Source: Bryobacterales bacterium
GTDB taxonomy: Bacteria > Acidobacteriota > Terriglobia > Bryobacterales > UBA6623
Direction of reading: 5' to 3'
Assembly: GCA_965205085.1 (NCBI GenBank)
Contig: OZ242039.1
Coordinates: 4,118,156 to 4,182,155, forward strand
DNA: 64,000 bases
Shown: piece after piece, positions 19,346 to 29,297 of the stretch
Position numbering within the stretch: position 1 is the stretch's first letter
Layout of the letters: each line of letters starts with the position of its first letter
The notes under the pieces: model-generated
The model's database searches: none
What the model was told of the DNA's origin: nothing
Seen by the model: the letters and a program-made list of their open reading frames with translations, nothing else
Position numbers and translations under genes: made by a program

Positions 19346-20500
19346 TCAGTGTGCGGTGCGGACCAGACAATACACGTCGCCACTTCGGGAGCCGATCACC
19401 AGGCGGTCGTCGGCGACTGCCGGCGACGCGACAATCCGCCCCCCGATCGCGAATTTCCAGAGCAGCTTGCCGTCGCGGTGGCGCAGCGCGTACAGGTTGC
19501 CGTCCATGGAGCCGACCCAGATCACATCGCCCGCCAGGACGGGCGACGAGTCCACTCTCGATCGGGTCTCGAACTCCCAGCGCAGCTGCCCGGTCTTCTC
19601 GTCGATGGCATGCACCCGCTTGTCCCGACCGCCGATGACGACCAGGCCGTCACGCACGACGGGAGAGGCGAAGAACTCGAAATCCGTCATCGGATGGTCG
19701 TAACGCCAGACCACCCGCCCCGCTCGCCAGTCGATCTTCAGCACTTCATAGCCGAAGGTGCCGACATACGCGGAGGTGCCGACGACGGCCGGCGACGCCG
19801 CCACGTAGTCCTTCATGTCGACCACGGCTTCCTCCAGGCCCGAGCGGATGTCAATGATGCGGAACTTGCCGTCGCAACCGGTAATGAACGTCTTGCCGCC
19901 CACGACCGCTGGACTGGAGTTGACACGGTCGTCGGTTTGGTACTTCCACAAGAGTTCTCCGCTCTCCGGACGGAATGCGTACAGGTGTGTATCGTAGGAA
20001 CCGACCAGAACGACCTCCTCGCTACAATAGGGCGACGAGAGAATCTCGGCGAAGGTCTGGTAGACCCATTTCTGGGTGCCTGACTCGGCGTCCACCGCGT
20101 GGAAGTAGCCATCCTCGTCCCCGAAGAACACCGTGTCGTGGACGAAACATCCCGACGCCGGCACTCCGAGCTGGGCTTGATAGACCCACTTCGCGGTGCC
20201 GGTGCGCAGATCCACTGCATGGAATCGGCCGTCCATCTCCCCGAAATAGGCGGTTCCGTCAACGATGATTGCCGTCGAGTCGACGCCCCCCGGAGCACTG
20301 TATACCCAAGCCGTCTCCAGCGGAGGATCCAGGCGCGCCGACGCGACCGCATTCCGGTCGCTGCTACCGAGGAAGAGGGGCCAGTCGTCGGCGGCCGCCG
20401 GACCGGCCACCGCCGCCATCGCTAGGCAAACTGTGGCCGCGCCCCGCGCAGTCGATCGTGTCGGCCCCCCGGCCGATGCGCTGTCCGACTTCGCGCTCAT
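19346..20500 (-). CDS. PQQ-like beta-propeller repeat protein (BamB family)
   Basis: Repeated DGxxxAVDxxxGxxxW and SSPAV motifs; signal-like N-terminus. Confidence 0.88.
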   Translation of the reverse strand: MSAKSDSASAGGPTRSTARGAATVCLAMAAVAGPAAADDWPLFLGSSDRNAVASARLDPPLETAWVYSAPGGVDSTAIIVDGTAYFGEMDGRFHAVDLRTGTAKWVYQAQLGVPASGCFVHDTVFFGDEDGYFHAVDAESGTQKWVYQTFAEILSSPYCSEEVVLVGSYDTHLYAFRPESGELLWKYQTDDRVNSSPAVVGGKTFITGCDGKFRIIDIRSGLEEAVVDMKDYVAASPAVVGTSAYVGTFGYEVLKIDWRAGRVVWRYDHPMTDFEFFASPVVRDGLVVIGGRDKRVHAIDEKTGQLRWEFETRSRVDSSPVLAGDVIWVGSMDGNLYALRHRDGKLLWKFAIGGRIVASPAVADDRLVIGSRSGDVYCLVRTAH

Positions 20501-20552
20501 GGTCGTCACAAGCTCCACCCCGCCGATGGTGCCTGGTTCCTGCCTGTGGGCA

Positions 20553-21521
20553 TCAGAAAGTCGCGATCGGGTTGAAGGGGCTGCCGGTGCCTCCACCAAC
20601 GGCCATGGGCGCGGCGGTCACGAGGAACTCCCACCGCTTCTGCCGGGCGGCCTCCTCGGCCACGGCTTCCAGATCCAGGTTGTCGAAAATGGGCATGCCC
20701 ATGGCGATGATGACCAGCTGATGGATCGGCTGCGCGACACCGTCCACCAGGGACGGCGCGACGTCGCTGGCGGCATCACTGCCAATGATCGAAGCGTCCC
20801 GGTCCTTCAGCCACTGCGCGCAGGACGCATGCAGTCCCGCCGACCGCTTCGACACGTCCCACGGTCCTTGCTGGTCTCGCCTGGCCCATCGTCCCGTTCG
20901 GATCAGCACGACATCCCCGCTGCGCACCTTGACGTTCGCCCGCTCTTCCCACGCATCCAGGTCCGGGGGATAGATCGGTGTTCCCGGCTCAAGCCAGTTG
21001 ACATCCTTGAGGCGGGGAATATCCATCAGGACCGCCCGGGCGAAGATCCCCTCCTTGTAGTTGGTCACCGCCAGTCTCGGTGCTCCCTCCTCCCGGACCT
21101 CGGCCTGGGGAAATCCGTTGTACATCCTTCCCTCGAACGCCATGTGGCACAGCGAGTCCATGTGTGTGTGCGCATATCCGTGATAGCTGACCTGATAGTC
21201 GTCCGAGACGAACTGGCCCGGGTTGTTCAACCCGATGTTCAACATCCTGTGCCGGAACGGCCTCGGGTTGTCGACCGCCTCCGCCTTCTCGACGTTGCGC
21301 GCCAGCGAAACGGAGATGCCCTCCGTCACCAGCTTGGCCGCCGCCAGCCGAGTGGCCGGTGTAATCAGATTGATCGTCCCCAGTTGGTCGTCGGGACCCC
21401 AACGCCCCCAGTTCGACAGGGACTCCATCCAGTCGTCTACCTCGGACTCCGTCACCGTGGGTTGGCCGTAGGCGCAGGCCAGGACGAGCAGTACGGCAGG
21501 CAGCAGGGTCTTCTTGTTCAC
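20553..21521 (-). CDS. Cyclase family (kynurenine formamidase-like) protein, exported
   Basis: NWGRWGPDDQLGTIN, HxxxHTHMD, GDVVLIRTG, DNLDLE, GSPFNP. Confidence 0.88.
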   Translation of the reverse strand: MNKKTLLPAVLLVLACAYGQPTVTESEVDDWMESLSNWGRWGPDDQLGTINLITPATRLAAAKLVTEGISVSLARNVEKAEAVDNPRPFRHRMLNIGLNNPGQFVSDDYQVSYHGYAHTHMDSLCHMAFEGRMYNGFPQAEVREEGAPRLAVTNYKEGIFARAVLMDIPRLKDVNWLEPGTPIYPPDLDAWEERANVKVRSGDVVLIRTGRWARRDQQGPWDVSKRSAGLHASCAQWLKDRDASIIGSDAASDVAPSLVDGVAQPIHQLVIIAMGMPIFDNLDLEAVAEEAARQKRWEFLVTAAPMAVGGGTGSPFNPIATF

Positions 21522-21594
21522 GTGAACAGCTTAGCAATGCGGCCCACGACGGGGTCGGATGCCTGAATGCCCTGTTGTACCCTGAAACTGGGCG

Positions 21595-22197
21595 ATGTTC
21601 GGCAGCAGTGACCGCAAGCGGCTGGAGCAGCGGTACCGCCACACCGGGCGGCTTCCGCCAGGGCAGCACCTGACCCTGAAGTGGCCTGTGTTGCACGTGG
21701 GAGCTATCCCCGTGTTCGACCCGTCCACGTGGACGTTTTCGGTCCGTGGCCTCGTTGAGCGCCCTCTCGAAATCTCCTGGGAGGAGTTCCGGTCGCTGCC
21801 TCGGAGCCGTGTCCAAGCGGACTTTCACTGCGTTACCACCTGGAGCAAGCTCGATAACGTCTGGGAGGGTGTTTCCGTGCACACCATCGTTGACCGAGTG
21901 CGGCCGAAACCTGAGGCGCGGTACGTGCTCCAGCGCTGCGACGGGGGCTACACCACCAACACGCCGCTCCCGGACCTGCTGCGGGACAACGTGCTGCTTG
22001 CCGACCGTCACGGTCCGGAACCGCTCGTACCCGAGCACGGGGGGCCGCTGAGAATGGTCGTTCCTCACCTGTACGCCTGGAAGAGCGCCAAGTGGATCCG
22101 GGAACTCGAGTTCACCGGGGTCGACCGGGCCGGCTATTGGGAAGAGCGCGGGTACCACATGTACGGCGACCCGGCCCGCGAGCAGCGGTTCAGGTAA
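21595..22197 (+). CDS. Sulfite-oxidase-like molybdopterin oxidoreductase (YuiH-like)
   Basis: RLPPGQ, DFHCVTTWS, YTTN, HGGPLR, YAWKSAKW, GYWEERGYH. Confidence 0.9.
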   Translation: MFGSSDRKRLEQRYRHTGRLPPGQHLTLKWPVLHVGAIPVFDPSTWTFSVRGLVERPLEISWEEFRSLPRSRVQADFHCVTTWSKLDNVWEGVSVHTIVDRVRPKPEARYVLQRCDGGYTTNTPLPDLLRDNVLLADRHGPEPLVPEHGGPLRMVVPHLYAWKSAKWIRELEFTGVDRAGYWEERGYHMYGDPAREQRFR

Positions 22198-22206
22198 GGC
22201 GGGGCA

Positions 22207-22626
22207 ATGCTAGGACGCCTCATCCCTCGGCTCCGGAAGCGGCGTGAGCCTGCAGCGCGAGCACTTCGAGCGACACCGAAGATCCGCCGCGAGAAGGCAT
22301 ATTCGGCGGATAGCGGGTACGTCTACCGGTACACCTACGAAGGCTACTGCGACGGGCAGAGGGAAGGCCTGGACGGCCGTGACTACGTGTTCCAGTGCAC
22401 ATCCGACCGTTCTTCCCGCTTCGACGTCACGATCTTCGCTCCTGCCGAGTGCTTCACTGGCTGGGAGCGCCGGTGCGAGCGCCGTCTGAGCGAGGTCGAG
22501 CGCTATGCCGTCGTGAAGATGTGCCTGTTTGCACTCTTCGACACATCGGAGCACATCCGGGAAGATCTCGTGGACCTCCTGACGGCCGAGGATGTCATCG
22601 AGCAGGTCGAGGCGCTCGACCTCTGA
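22207..22626 (+). CDS. Hypothetical protein
   Basis: Spaced like an operon gene; RREKAYSADSGYVYRY motif; C-terminal LDL. Confidence 0.7.
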   Translation: MLGRLIPRLRKRREPAARALRATPKIRREKAYSADSGYVYRYTYEGYCDGQREGLDGRDYVFQCTSDRSSRFDVTIFAPAECFTGWERRCERRLSEVERYAVVKMCLFALFDTSEHIREDLVDLLTAEDVIEQVEALDL

Positions 22627-22652
22627 TCCCGACGCAGTCATACAATGGACAC

Positions 22653-24377
22653 ATGAGGGTGCGCGCCGTCTGGCTGCCCGTAGCCTTGGCAGCCGCTTCC
22701 TGCGGGTTCGCCCCTCCCTCCCAGGACACCGAGTTCGTCTCGCTCGCGGACGAGTACATCGAGCGACTCCTAACCGAATTCCCCGAGTACGCGACCGCCC
22801 TTGGTGACCATCGTTTCGACGATCGCCTCAACGACTACTCGGCGGAGGCTGTCGCCCGCGAACTCCAATCCAACAGGCGCTATCTCGAGCGACTTTCAGG
22901 AATTGACCCGGACCGGCTCAGTCCGGCCAATGCGGTTGACTACGAGATTCTCGGCAACGAGATCCGATTCAGTGTATGGTCCGCTGAGGAACTCCGGGAG
23001 CACGAGTGGAACCCGATGCGATACGGGCTCGGGACAGCCTTCTATTCCCTGCTGGCGAGGGAATTCGCACCTATCGAGGTGAGGCTGGCTAGTCTCAGGC
23101 GGCGACTGGAGGCTGTCCAGCCGGTCGTCGAGGCTGCCCGCGCGAACCTCCGGAATCCACCCCGGATCCACACCGAGACCGCGATCCGACAAAACGAGGG
23201 GACAATCACCCTGATCCGGGACGAACTGGAGTCTTTCCTGGGGCAGGCTCCGTCGATGCGGGACGATCTGGCAACCGCCCGCGAAACCGCCATCGCGGCA
23301 CTGGACGCCTACGGCCGGTGGCTGCGTGACGACCTCCTGCCCCGCTCGACCGGGGATTTCCGCATCGGCGAGCGACGCTACAGGACCAAGCTCGCCTTCA
23401 CCCTCCATTCGGACCTTTCGATGGAGGAGATCCTGCAACGGGCCAGAAACCGGCTATCCACCTTGCAGGACGAGCTCTTCGACACGGCCCTGCCCCTGTA
23501 CCGGGCATCCCGTCCCGAAGCGACTGACATCGAGGTCGCGAACCGGCCGGCGGTGATACGGAGCGTGCTCGACACGCTGGCGGACTCCCATCCCACCGAC
23601 GTATCCATCGTGGAGGATGCCAGGACGGCACTCCGCGAAGTTACGGAGTTCACCCGGGCACGGAAGCTCGTGACCGTTCCGGACGCCCCCCTCCAGATCA
23701 TCGTGATGCCGGAGTTTCGTCGCGGCGTGTCCACAGCGTACTGTGATTCTCCCGGACCGCTGGAGGACAACGGAGAGACATTCTACGCGATTTCTCCCAC
23801 ACCGGCAACCTGGACATCCGAGCGGAAGCTGTCGTTCTATCGTGAGTACAACGATCACATGCTGCAGGACTTGACGGTTCACGAGGCCATCCCGGGCCAC
23901 TATCTGCAGATTGCTCACTCGAACCGTTCGCAGGCCCCATCGAAGGTGCGGGCGATCTTCTCATCGGGCACGTTTGTCGAGGGCTGGGCAGTCTATGCGG
24001 AGCAGGTGATGGTGGAGCACGGCTACGGTGGTCCACCCTTCAAGATGCAGCAGCTCAAGATGCTGACTCGCGCTGTGATCAACTCGATCTTGGATCAGGG
24101 CATTCATGCGGGAACCATGACCGAGGACGAGGCGATGTCGATGATGGTCGGCGAGGGCTACCAGGAAGACGGCGAGGCGGCAGGGAAGTGGATTCGGGCG
24201 CAGTTGACGTCAGCCCAGCTCTCGACCTACTTCGTTGGTATCACCGAGCACAATGACATGCGCGATGCGTGGATTCAGAAGCACGGACCCATTGAGGACT
24301 GGAACGCCTACCACGACATGATCCTCTCGCACGGTTCGCCGCCCGTGAAGTTCGTGCGAAGGCTGGTGGGCCTGTAG
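22653..24377 (+). CDS. DUF885 family lipoprotein
   Basis: Lipobox AASC; PEYATALGDHRFDDRL, HEAIPGHYLQ, FVEGWAVYAE, YFVG. Confidence 0.9.
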   Translation: MRVRAVWLPVALAAASCGFAPPSQDTEFVSLADEYIERLLTEFPEYATALGDHRFDDRLNDYSAEAVARELQSNRRYLERLSGIDPDRLSPANAVDYEILGNEIRFSVWSAEELREHEWNPMRYGLGTAFYSLLAREFAPIEVRLASLRRRLEAVQPVVEAARANLRNPPRIHTETAIRQNEGTITLIRDELESFLGQAPSMRDDLATARETAIAALDAYGRWLRDDLLPRSTGDFRIGERRYRTKLAFTLHSDLSMEEILQRARNRLSTLQDELFDTALPLYRASRPEATDIEVANRPAVIRSVLDTLADSHPTDVSIVEDARTALREVTEFTRARKLVTVPDAPLQIIVMPEFRRGVSTAYCDSPGPLEDNGETFYAISPTPATWTSERKLSFYREYNDHMLQDLTVHEAIPGHYLQIAHSNRSQAPSKVRAIFSSGTFVEGWAVYAEQVMVEHGYGGPPFKMQQLKMLTRAVINSILDQGIHAGTMTEDEAMSMMVGEGYQEDGEAAGKWIRAQLTSAQLSTYFVGITEHNDMRDAWIQKHGPIEDWNAYHDMILSHGSPPVKFVRRLVGL

Positions 24378-24381
24378 CGGA

Positions 24382-25323
24382 ATGGCGGGATCGGGACCGA
24401 CTGGGGCCGTCCGGCACAATCGTGGACTGGTCCGGGTGGCAGCCGTTACCGCCGTCCTGTTCCTGCTGGGCGGGGGCTGTTCCGTCAAGAGGTTCGCTGT
24501 CAAGAAGATTGGCGATGCGTTGTCGTCCGGCACGTCCGTCTACGAAACCGACGGCGACGTCGACCTCGTGGGAGACGCCCTTCCGTTCAGCCTGAAGCTG
24601 TTGGAGAGTCTGCTTGAGATCACTCCGCACCACCGGGGTCTGCTGGTCACCGCGTCCAAGGGTTTCGTCCTCTACTCGCTCGCCTACGTGGATGCCGAGG
24701 GTGAGATGCTCATCGAGGAAGATTTCCAGCGAGGTCAGGCCCTCAGGAAGCGCGCCAAGAGACTGTACCTGCGGTCTCTCGGTTTCAGCATGCGGGCAAT
24801 GGAACGTGCGTACCCGCGTATTGGGCGTGAGTTGCAGTCTGATGCGGCGTCGGCTGTGCGCCGTGTACGCAAGCGGGATGTCGACCTCCTCTATTGGGCC
24901 GGGGCGGCCCTCGGCCTGTCCATCTCGACCGATCCAACCGATCCCGGAATGGTCATCCGCCTAGGTGAAGTCGATGCCTTGCTTGGTCGCGCACTGGAAC
25001 TCGACGAGTCTTGGGACCGGGGCGCCCTGCACGAGTTCCGTCTGCGCCTGGAGACTGCCAGGCCGGGCGGCGGCGACCCAGAGGTGACCAGGGCGAGCTT
25101 CCAACGCGCCCTGGAACTGTCCGGTGGCCAGAGCGCGGGGCTGTTTGTCTCGTATGCGGAAGCAGCCGCGGTGCCGGCACAGGATCGCGACCTCTTCGAG
25201 GAGACGATCGGCAGGGCGCTTGCCATCAATCCGGACGAGTTCGAACGGTACCGGCTGTTGAACCATGTGGCCCAGAGGCGGGCTCTCTGGCTACGGTCCC
25301 GCACAGACGAACTGTTCTTCTGA
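24382..25323 (+). CDS. TRAP transporter TatT-component lipoprotein
   Basis: Lipobox GGGC; DALPFSLKLLESLL, ALELDESW, C-terminal RALWL...ELFF; directly upstream of a DctP gene. Confidence 0.85.
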   Translation: MAGSGPTGAVRHNRGLVRVAAVTAVLFLLGGGCSVKRFAVKKIGDALSSGTSVYETDGDVDLVGDALPFSLKLLESLLEITPHHRGLLVTASKGFVLYSLAYVDAEGEMLIEEDFQRGQALRKRAKRLYLRSLGFSMRAMERAYPRIGRELQSDAASAVRRVRKRDVDLLYWAGAALGLSISTDPTDPGMVIRLGEVDALLGRALELDESWDRGALHEFRLRLETARPGGGDPEVTRASFQRALELSGGQSAGLFVSYAEAAAVPAQDRDLFEETIGRALAINPDEFERYRLLNHVAQRRALWLRSRTDELFF

Positions 25324-25431
25324 AGCGGCATGGTCCGAGTTCCAGACAGGCTGCGTATACTGGGGAGGATCCTTGCAGCGCGGAATCGAGTCTGGCTTCA
25401 GGGATTCGCGGCGTCCGGTCCCACGATTCCC

Positions 25432-26454
25432 ATGAAGAGTCTTCGCCGTCTCGCTCTCGTCGCTCTCGTTGGGATCGCCGCTCTCTCCGCAACGCTTGCC
25501 CCGGCCTCGGCTCAGAGGCGGCGCACCAACAGGATCAAGCTCGGCACGGTCGCGCCCAAGAACAGCGTCTATCACGAGGTCCTGCTGCGCCTGAGGCAGT
25601 CCTGGAGGGACATTTCCGGAGGTGGCGTGGACCTCACCATCTACCCTGGAGGCGTCGCCGGCGACGAGATTACGATGCTGCGCAAGATGCGGGCCGGCCA
25701 GATGCAGGCCGCCCTGATCTCCGGCAGCGGGATGTCATTCCTGGACGAAGGCGTCAGCGCATTGCAGGTGCCGCTGATGTTCGATTCCTACGAGGAGTTC
25801 GATTTCGTCCGCGGGAAGCTGGCGCCTATCCTTGAGCAGCGTCTCAAGGACAAGGGTTTCACCGTTCTCGGATGGGGGGACGCTGGCTGGGCGTACTTCT
25901 TCAGCGTGCGTCCCTTCCGCACCCCGAATGACGTCAAGGCCATGAAGCTCTACACGGCGAAAGGCGACGACGAGATGCTGCGGCTCTTTTCGGAGTTCGG
26001 GCTCCGCGTGGTTCCGCTGGACTTGACGGAGTTGCAAGCGAGCCTTGAAACAGGCTTGGTCGAGATCTTTGCCGTGCCGCCACTGGTGGCTGCCGGCTAC
26101 CAGTGGTTCGCCTCTGCGCCTCACATGCTGGACATGAGGTTCCTCCCGATCGTCGGCGCCGTCCTCATTGACAACCGATCCTGGGATGCGATCCCTGACC
26201 AGCAACGCTCCGCAATGCGCAGGGTTGCAGCGGAAGCCGCAGCCGAGATCCAGCAGTCTGTCCGCTCCCAGGAGCAGGAGGCGATCGCGGCGATGGAGGG
26301 CTACGGACTCAACGTGGTGGGCATTGACGAGGCGGCCATTGCTGAGTGGAAGCGAGAAGTCGAACGGGCGCTTCCCAATCTGCGCGACCGGTATGCGCCG
26401 TCAGAGTTGATCGACGAGGCGTTGCATTGGCGGGATTCCTACCGGGCCCGGTAG
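25432..26454 (+). CDS. dctP: TRAP substrate-binding protein DctP (TPAT-type)
   Basis: IKLGTVAP, YPGGVAGDE, KMRAGQ, GFTVLGW. Confidence 0.88.
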   Translation: MKSLRRLALVALVGIAALSATLAPASAQRRRTNRIKLGTVAPKNSVYHEVLLRLRQSWRDISGGGVDLTIYPGGVAGDEITMLRKMRAGQMQAALISGSGMSFLDEGVSALQVPLMFDSYEEFDFVRGKLAPILEQRLKDKGFTVLGWGDAGWAYFFSVRPFRTPNDVKAMKLYTAKGDDEMLRLFSEFGLRVVPLDLTELQASLETGLVEIFAVPPLVAAGYQWFASAPHMLDMRFLPIVGAVLIDNRSWDAIPDQQRSAMRRVAAEAAAEIQQSVRSQEQEAIAAMEGYGLNVVGIDEAAIAEWKREVERALPNLRDRYAPSELIDEALHWRDSYRAR

Positions 26455-26460
26455 GCGACG

Positions 26461-26821
26461 GCCCATTGCACATCGAGAGGCAATAGCGGGGAAGAAGGCC
26501 CCTGGAATTGCCGGTCGAGTTGCTGGCAGGGTATGGCAGGCGGGGTGGGGCTGTCGCGGGGCCGGCCTGGTGGCGGCGCAATCGAGCGAGTTGCCGGGCC
26601 TGTCGATGCCGTTAGCCGGAGTGGCAGGGGTGCGTGGCAGACGGTGAAGGTGTTGCGCCGAATCTGGTCGAGGTCCCCCGTTGGTGCAAGACATAGACAG
26701 GGCAGCGCTCGTCGTATCGCAGCTGACGGAACATCCGAGGCACGGCGCTGTCTCCCATACGATCAGCCAATCTGGAACTTGGAACCCGCCGCCCGCAGTT
26801 GCAATTCCCAGTGCAACCGGC
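26461..26821 (-). mobile_element. Internally deleted IS30 derivative (MITE-like, about 360 bp)
   Basis: IRR at 26461 and IRL ...GTTGCAATTCCCAGTGCAACCGGC at 26821; keeps MGDSAVPRMFRQLRYDERC, matching the start of the 63884 transposase. Confidence 0.85.
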
Positions 26822-26857
26822 TGCTGTTACACTCGGGAGCCGCGATGCTGATGGCCG

Positions 26858-28252
26858 ATGACGATTGAGCAGATTGCCGCAATCGTTGCCGTCGGGGAGT
26901 CGGACAGGCTCGAATGCAAGGCCACCACGGGAACACGGCGAGAGGCGGCGGCGACCATATGCGCCATGCTCAACCAGCGCGGTGGACATGTACTGTTCGG
27001 GGTCGCGCCGGACGGTCGGGTTGTCGGTCAGCGGGTTAGCGAGCGGACGATTGAGCAGGTGAGTGCCGAAATTCAGCGGATCGAACCGCCCGCATTTCCG
27101 GAAATCGAGCGGGTTCGAGTATCGGGGAACTCGGAAGTGATCGCGGTTCGGGTGAGTCCTGGCACCTCGCCGCCGTATCAGTATCGGGGGGCCTCCTATC
27201 TGCGAGTTGGCAACACGACCCAGGCGATGTCCGCCGAGGAATACAATCGCATGCTCTTCGAGCGCATGCACAGCGAACTGCGCTGGGAAAATCAGCCCGC
27301 CGCCGGGTGGTCTGTCGACGACCTCGATGTAGCGGAGATTCGGAACACGGTCGCCGAAGCGGTGCGTATCGGCCGTCTGAAGGAGCCTGGCACGCGCGAA
27401 CCGGAAGATTTGCTGCGCGGGTTGGGGCTGCTCCGCGGCAGTGTTCTGTTTCGGGCCGCCCCTGTCTTGTTCGGAAACGCTGAACGTCTCGAATGCGAAA
27501 TGCCGCAGTGTCTGCTTCGCGTGGCCCGCTTCCGGGGTCTCGACCGCTCGGAGTTTCTCGACAACCGTCAGTTCAATGGGAATGCGTTCGCCCTCCTTGC
27601 GAGCGCGGAGCGCTTTCTCCGGGACACTGTGCCCATCGCCAGCCGCTTCGAGCCGGGCCGCATAGCGCGGATTGACGAGCCGCTCTACCCGCCCCTCGCA
27701 ACGCGGGAGGCGCTGGCCAATGCCCTGTGTCACCGAGACTATGCCATGGGTGGGGGCTCAATTGGGCTCGCAGTATACGACGACCGAATGGAGGTCACCT
27801 CGACCGGTCCGCTGCACTTCGGACTGACTCCGTACGATCTCTTCGGACCGCACGAGTCACGGCCATGGAATCCGCTCATCGCCCGCACGTTCTATCGGCG
27901 AGGCATTGTGGAAGAATGGGGGCGGGGTACCACCAGGATAGCGGACTTGGCGGTCTCGGCGGGGCTGCCACGCCCCGAGATTGAGGAACGCGGCGGCTGC
28001 GTGACGGTGCGCTTCCGGCGTGCCGACTACGTGCCGCCCCGACACGATGAAGGCGAACTGACCGAACAGCAGAAGACAGTCTTGACACTTCTTCAGCGCT
28101 CCGACAGCGGCCTTGCGCTCCGGGAAATCCGCACTGCTTTGGGGGCTCAGGCAAACGAGCGGCGCCTACGGGAAGATCTCTCCACCCTGAAGGCCAGGGG
28201 ATTGGTGGCGGCCACTGGGGTGGGCCGGGGGGCCCGTTGGCATCCCCTGTAG
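26858..28252 (+). CDS. Schlafen/AlbA_2 domain + HATPase_c_4 + C-terminal HTH protein
   Basis: GESDRLECK, ICAMLNxxGGxVLFGV, REALANALCHRDY, SRPWNPLIA, EEWGRG, GxGRGARW. Confidence 0.9.
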   Translation: MTIEQIAAIVAVGESDRLECKATTGTRREAAATICAMLNQRGGHVLFGVAPDGRVVGQRVSERTIEQVSAEIQRIEPPAFPEIERVRVSGNSEVIAVRVSPGTSPPYQYRGASYLRVGNTTQAMSAEEYNRMLFERMHSELRWENQPAAGWSVDDLDVAEIRNTVAEAVRIGRLKEPGTREPEDLLRGLGLLRGSVLFRAAPVLFGNAERLECEMPQCLLRVARFRGLDRSEFLDNRQFNGNAFALLASAERFLRDTVPIASRFEPGRIARIDEPLYPPLATREALANALCHRDYAMGGGSIGLAVYDDRMEVTSTGPLHFGLTPYDLFGPHESRPWNPLIARTFYRRGIVEEWGRGTTRIADLAVSAGLPRPEIEERGGCVTVRFRRADYVPPRHDEGELTEQQKTVLTLLQRSDSGLALREIRTALGAQANERRLREDLSTLKARGLVAATGVGRGARWHPL

Positions 28253-28263
28253 AACATGGACTT

Positions 28264-28314
28264 GGCTCATTCTGTCTGATTCCGGCTCATTCTGTCTGAT
28301 TCCGGCTCATTCTG
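28264..28314 (+). repeat. Tandem repeat, 20 bp x 2.5
   Basis: GGCTCATTCTGTCTGATTCC repeated exactly. Confidence 0.9.
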
Positions 28315-28464
28315 GCCCATTGAAGAAACCCACATTCGCCGTTGACAGACGGCATCCTGCCATCGCCCCGGCTCGGGGGCGGGGCGATGCAAACCGGGCG
28401 GCATTCTCCACGAGTCGCAAGCTGGCACCACCTCGTTGGGACGGATCACACCGGGATTTCGATC

Positions 28465-28558
28465 GCCTATCGCAGATCAAGATCCAACAGGGGAAGAAGG
28501 CCCTTGGAGTTGGCGGTTGAGTTGCAGGCAGGGTACGGCAGGCGGGGTGGGGCTGTCA
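28465..28558 (-). repeat. IS30 right-end relic C
   Basis: GGGGAAGAAGGCCCTTGGAGTTGGCGGTTGAGTTGC...GGGGCTGTCA. Confidence 0.85.
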
Positions 28559-28586
28559 GCGTGACAGTCCGGGGAGTCATGGTGGC

Positions 28587-28725
28587 GTGAAGGACTCTTG
28601 TAGGGAGAAGATTGTTGGCAACTGGAAACAGCAGATGTGCCCTCTCGGCGAAGGCATGGTCGACTACCCGAGTTTCTTCCAGGCCTTGGCCAAGGACGGA
28701 TTCGCGGGGCCGGCGTTGAGTGCGG
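28587..28725 (+). pseudogene. Sugar-phosphate isomerase/epimerase C-terminal fragment
   Basis: VKD...W....CPLGEGMVDY..FF..L....FAGP. Confidence 0.55.
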
Positions 28726-29297
28726 CCTCGAAGCCCTCCAGCACACGACAACTGCGAACGCTCTCAACGGTCTGCACACGGCAACCAAAGGCCTCTGCGA
28801 CCGGGCCCCGCTGATTGCAAACCAAACTCGGCCGTGAGGCCAGCTTCCGACTGCCAGAACTGCCAGGGTGTTTCGACTCGCAGGTGGTCCTACCGTTGGC
28901 CGGCTGCCCGAACCACCCGCAATTCGCCCAGGCCAAAGCGGGTGGCCCCTGCGTTCGTGTCAGAACACGGAAGCGGCCACCCGCTCGGACCAGCTCGAAG
29001 GGAAACGTGCCGAGCATACCCGCTTGGCCGTGGACAGTCGGCAGGGGACTGGAAGCAGATCGTAGCGGGGTTCCGATTCACCCCGCCAAGATGCCCGCGA
29101 CACCGTTGCACGGCACGGGCTGCCCCTGACAGGACGCACGGACACCCACCCACCGCAACCTCGCCCGTGAAGGGCGTTTCAGGACGGGAGCCATGAGAGC
29201 CGAGGCAACGGAATCCTGCGCACCAGCGAGGCGAACCCGGCCAATTCCCACTGCGATCTCAAGCCGGCTGGCCCAAGAATCTCACGGGGGAAGGGCA

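Noticed and set aside
28264-28314. Mini-CRISPR from short repeats (also 42750-42792)
   Set aside because: Head-to-tail repeats without spacers.
29263-29297. Possible degenerate IS30 left end next to the rne/rng stop
   Set aside because: Only short gapped similarity (GCCGG.TG..CCA..AAT...GGGGAAGGG) with no supporting internal sequence.
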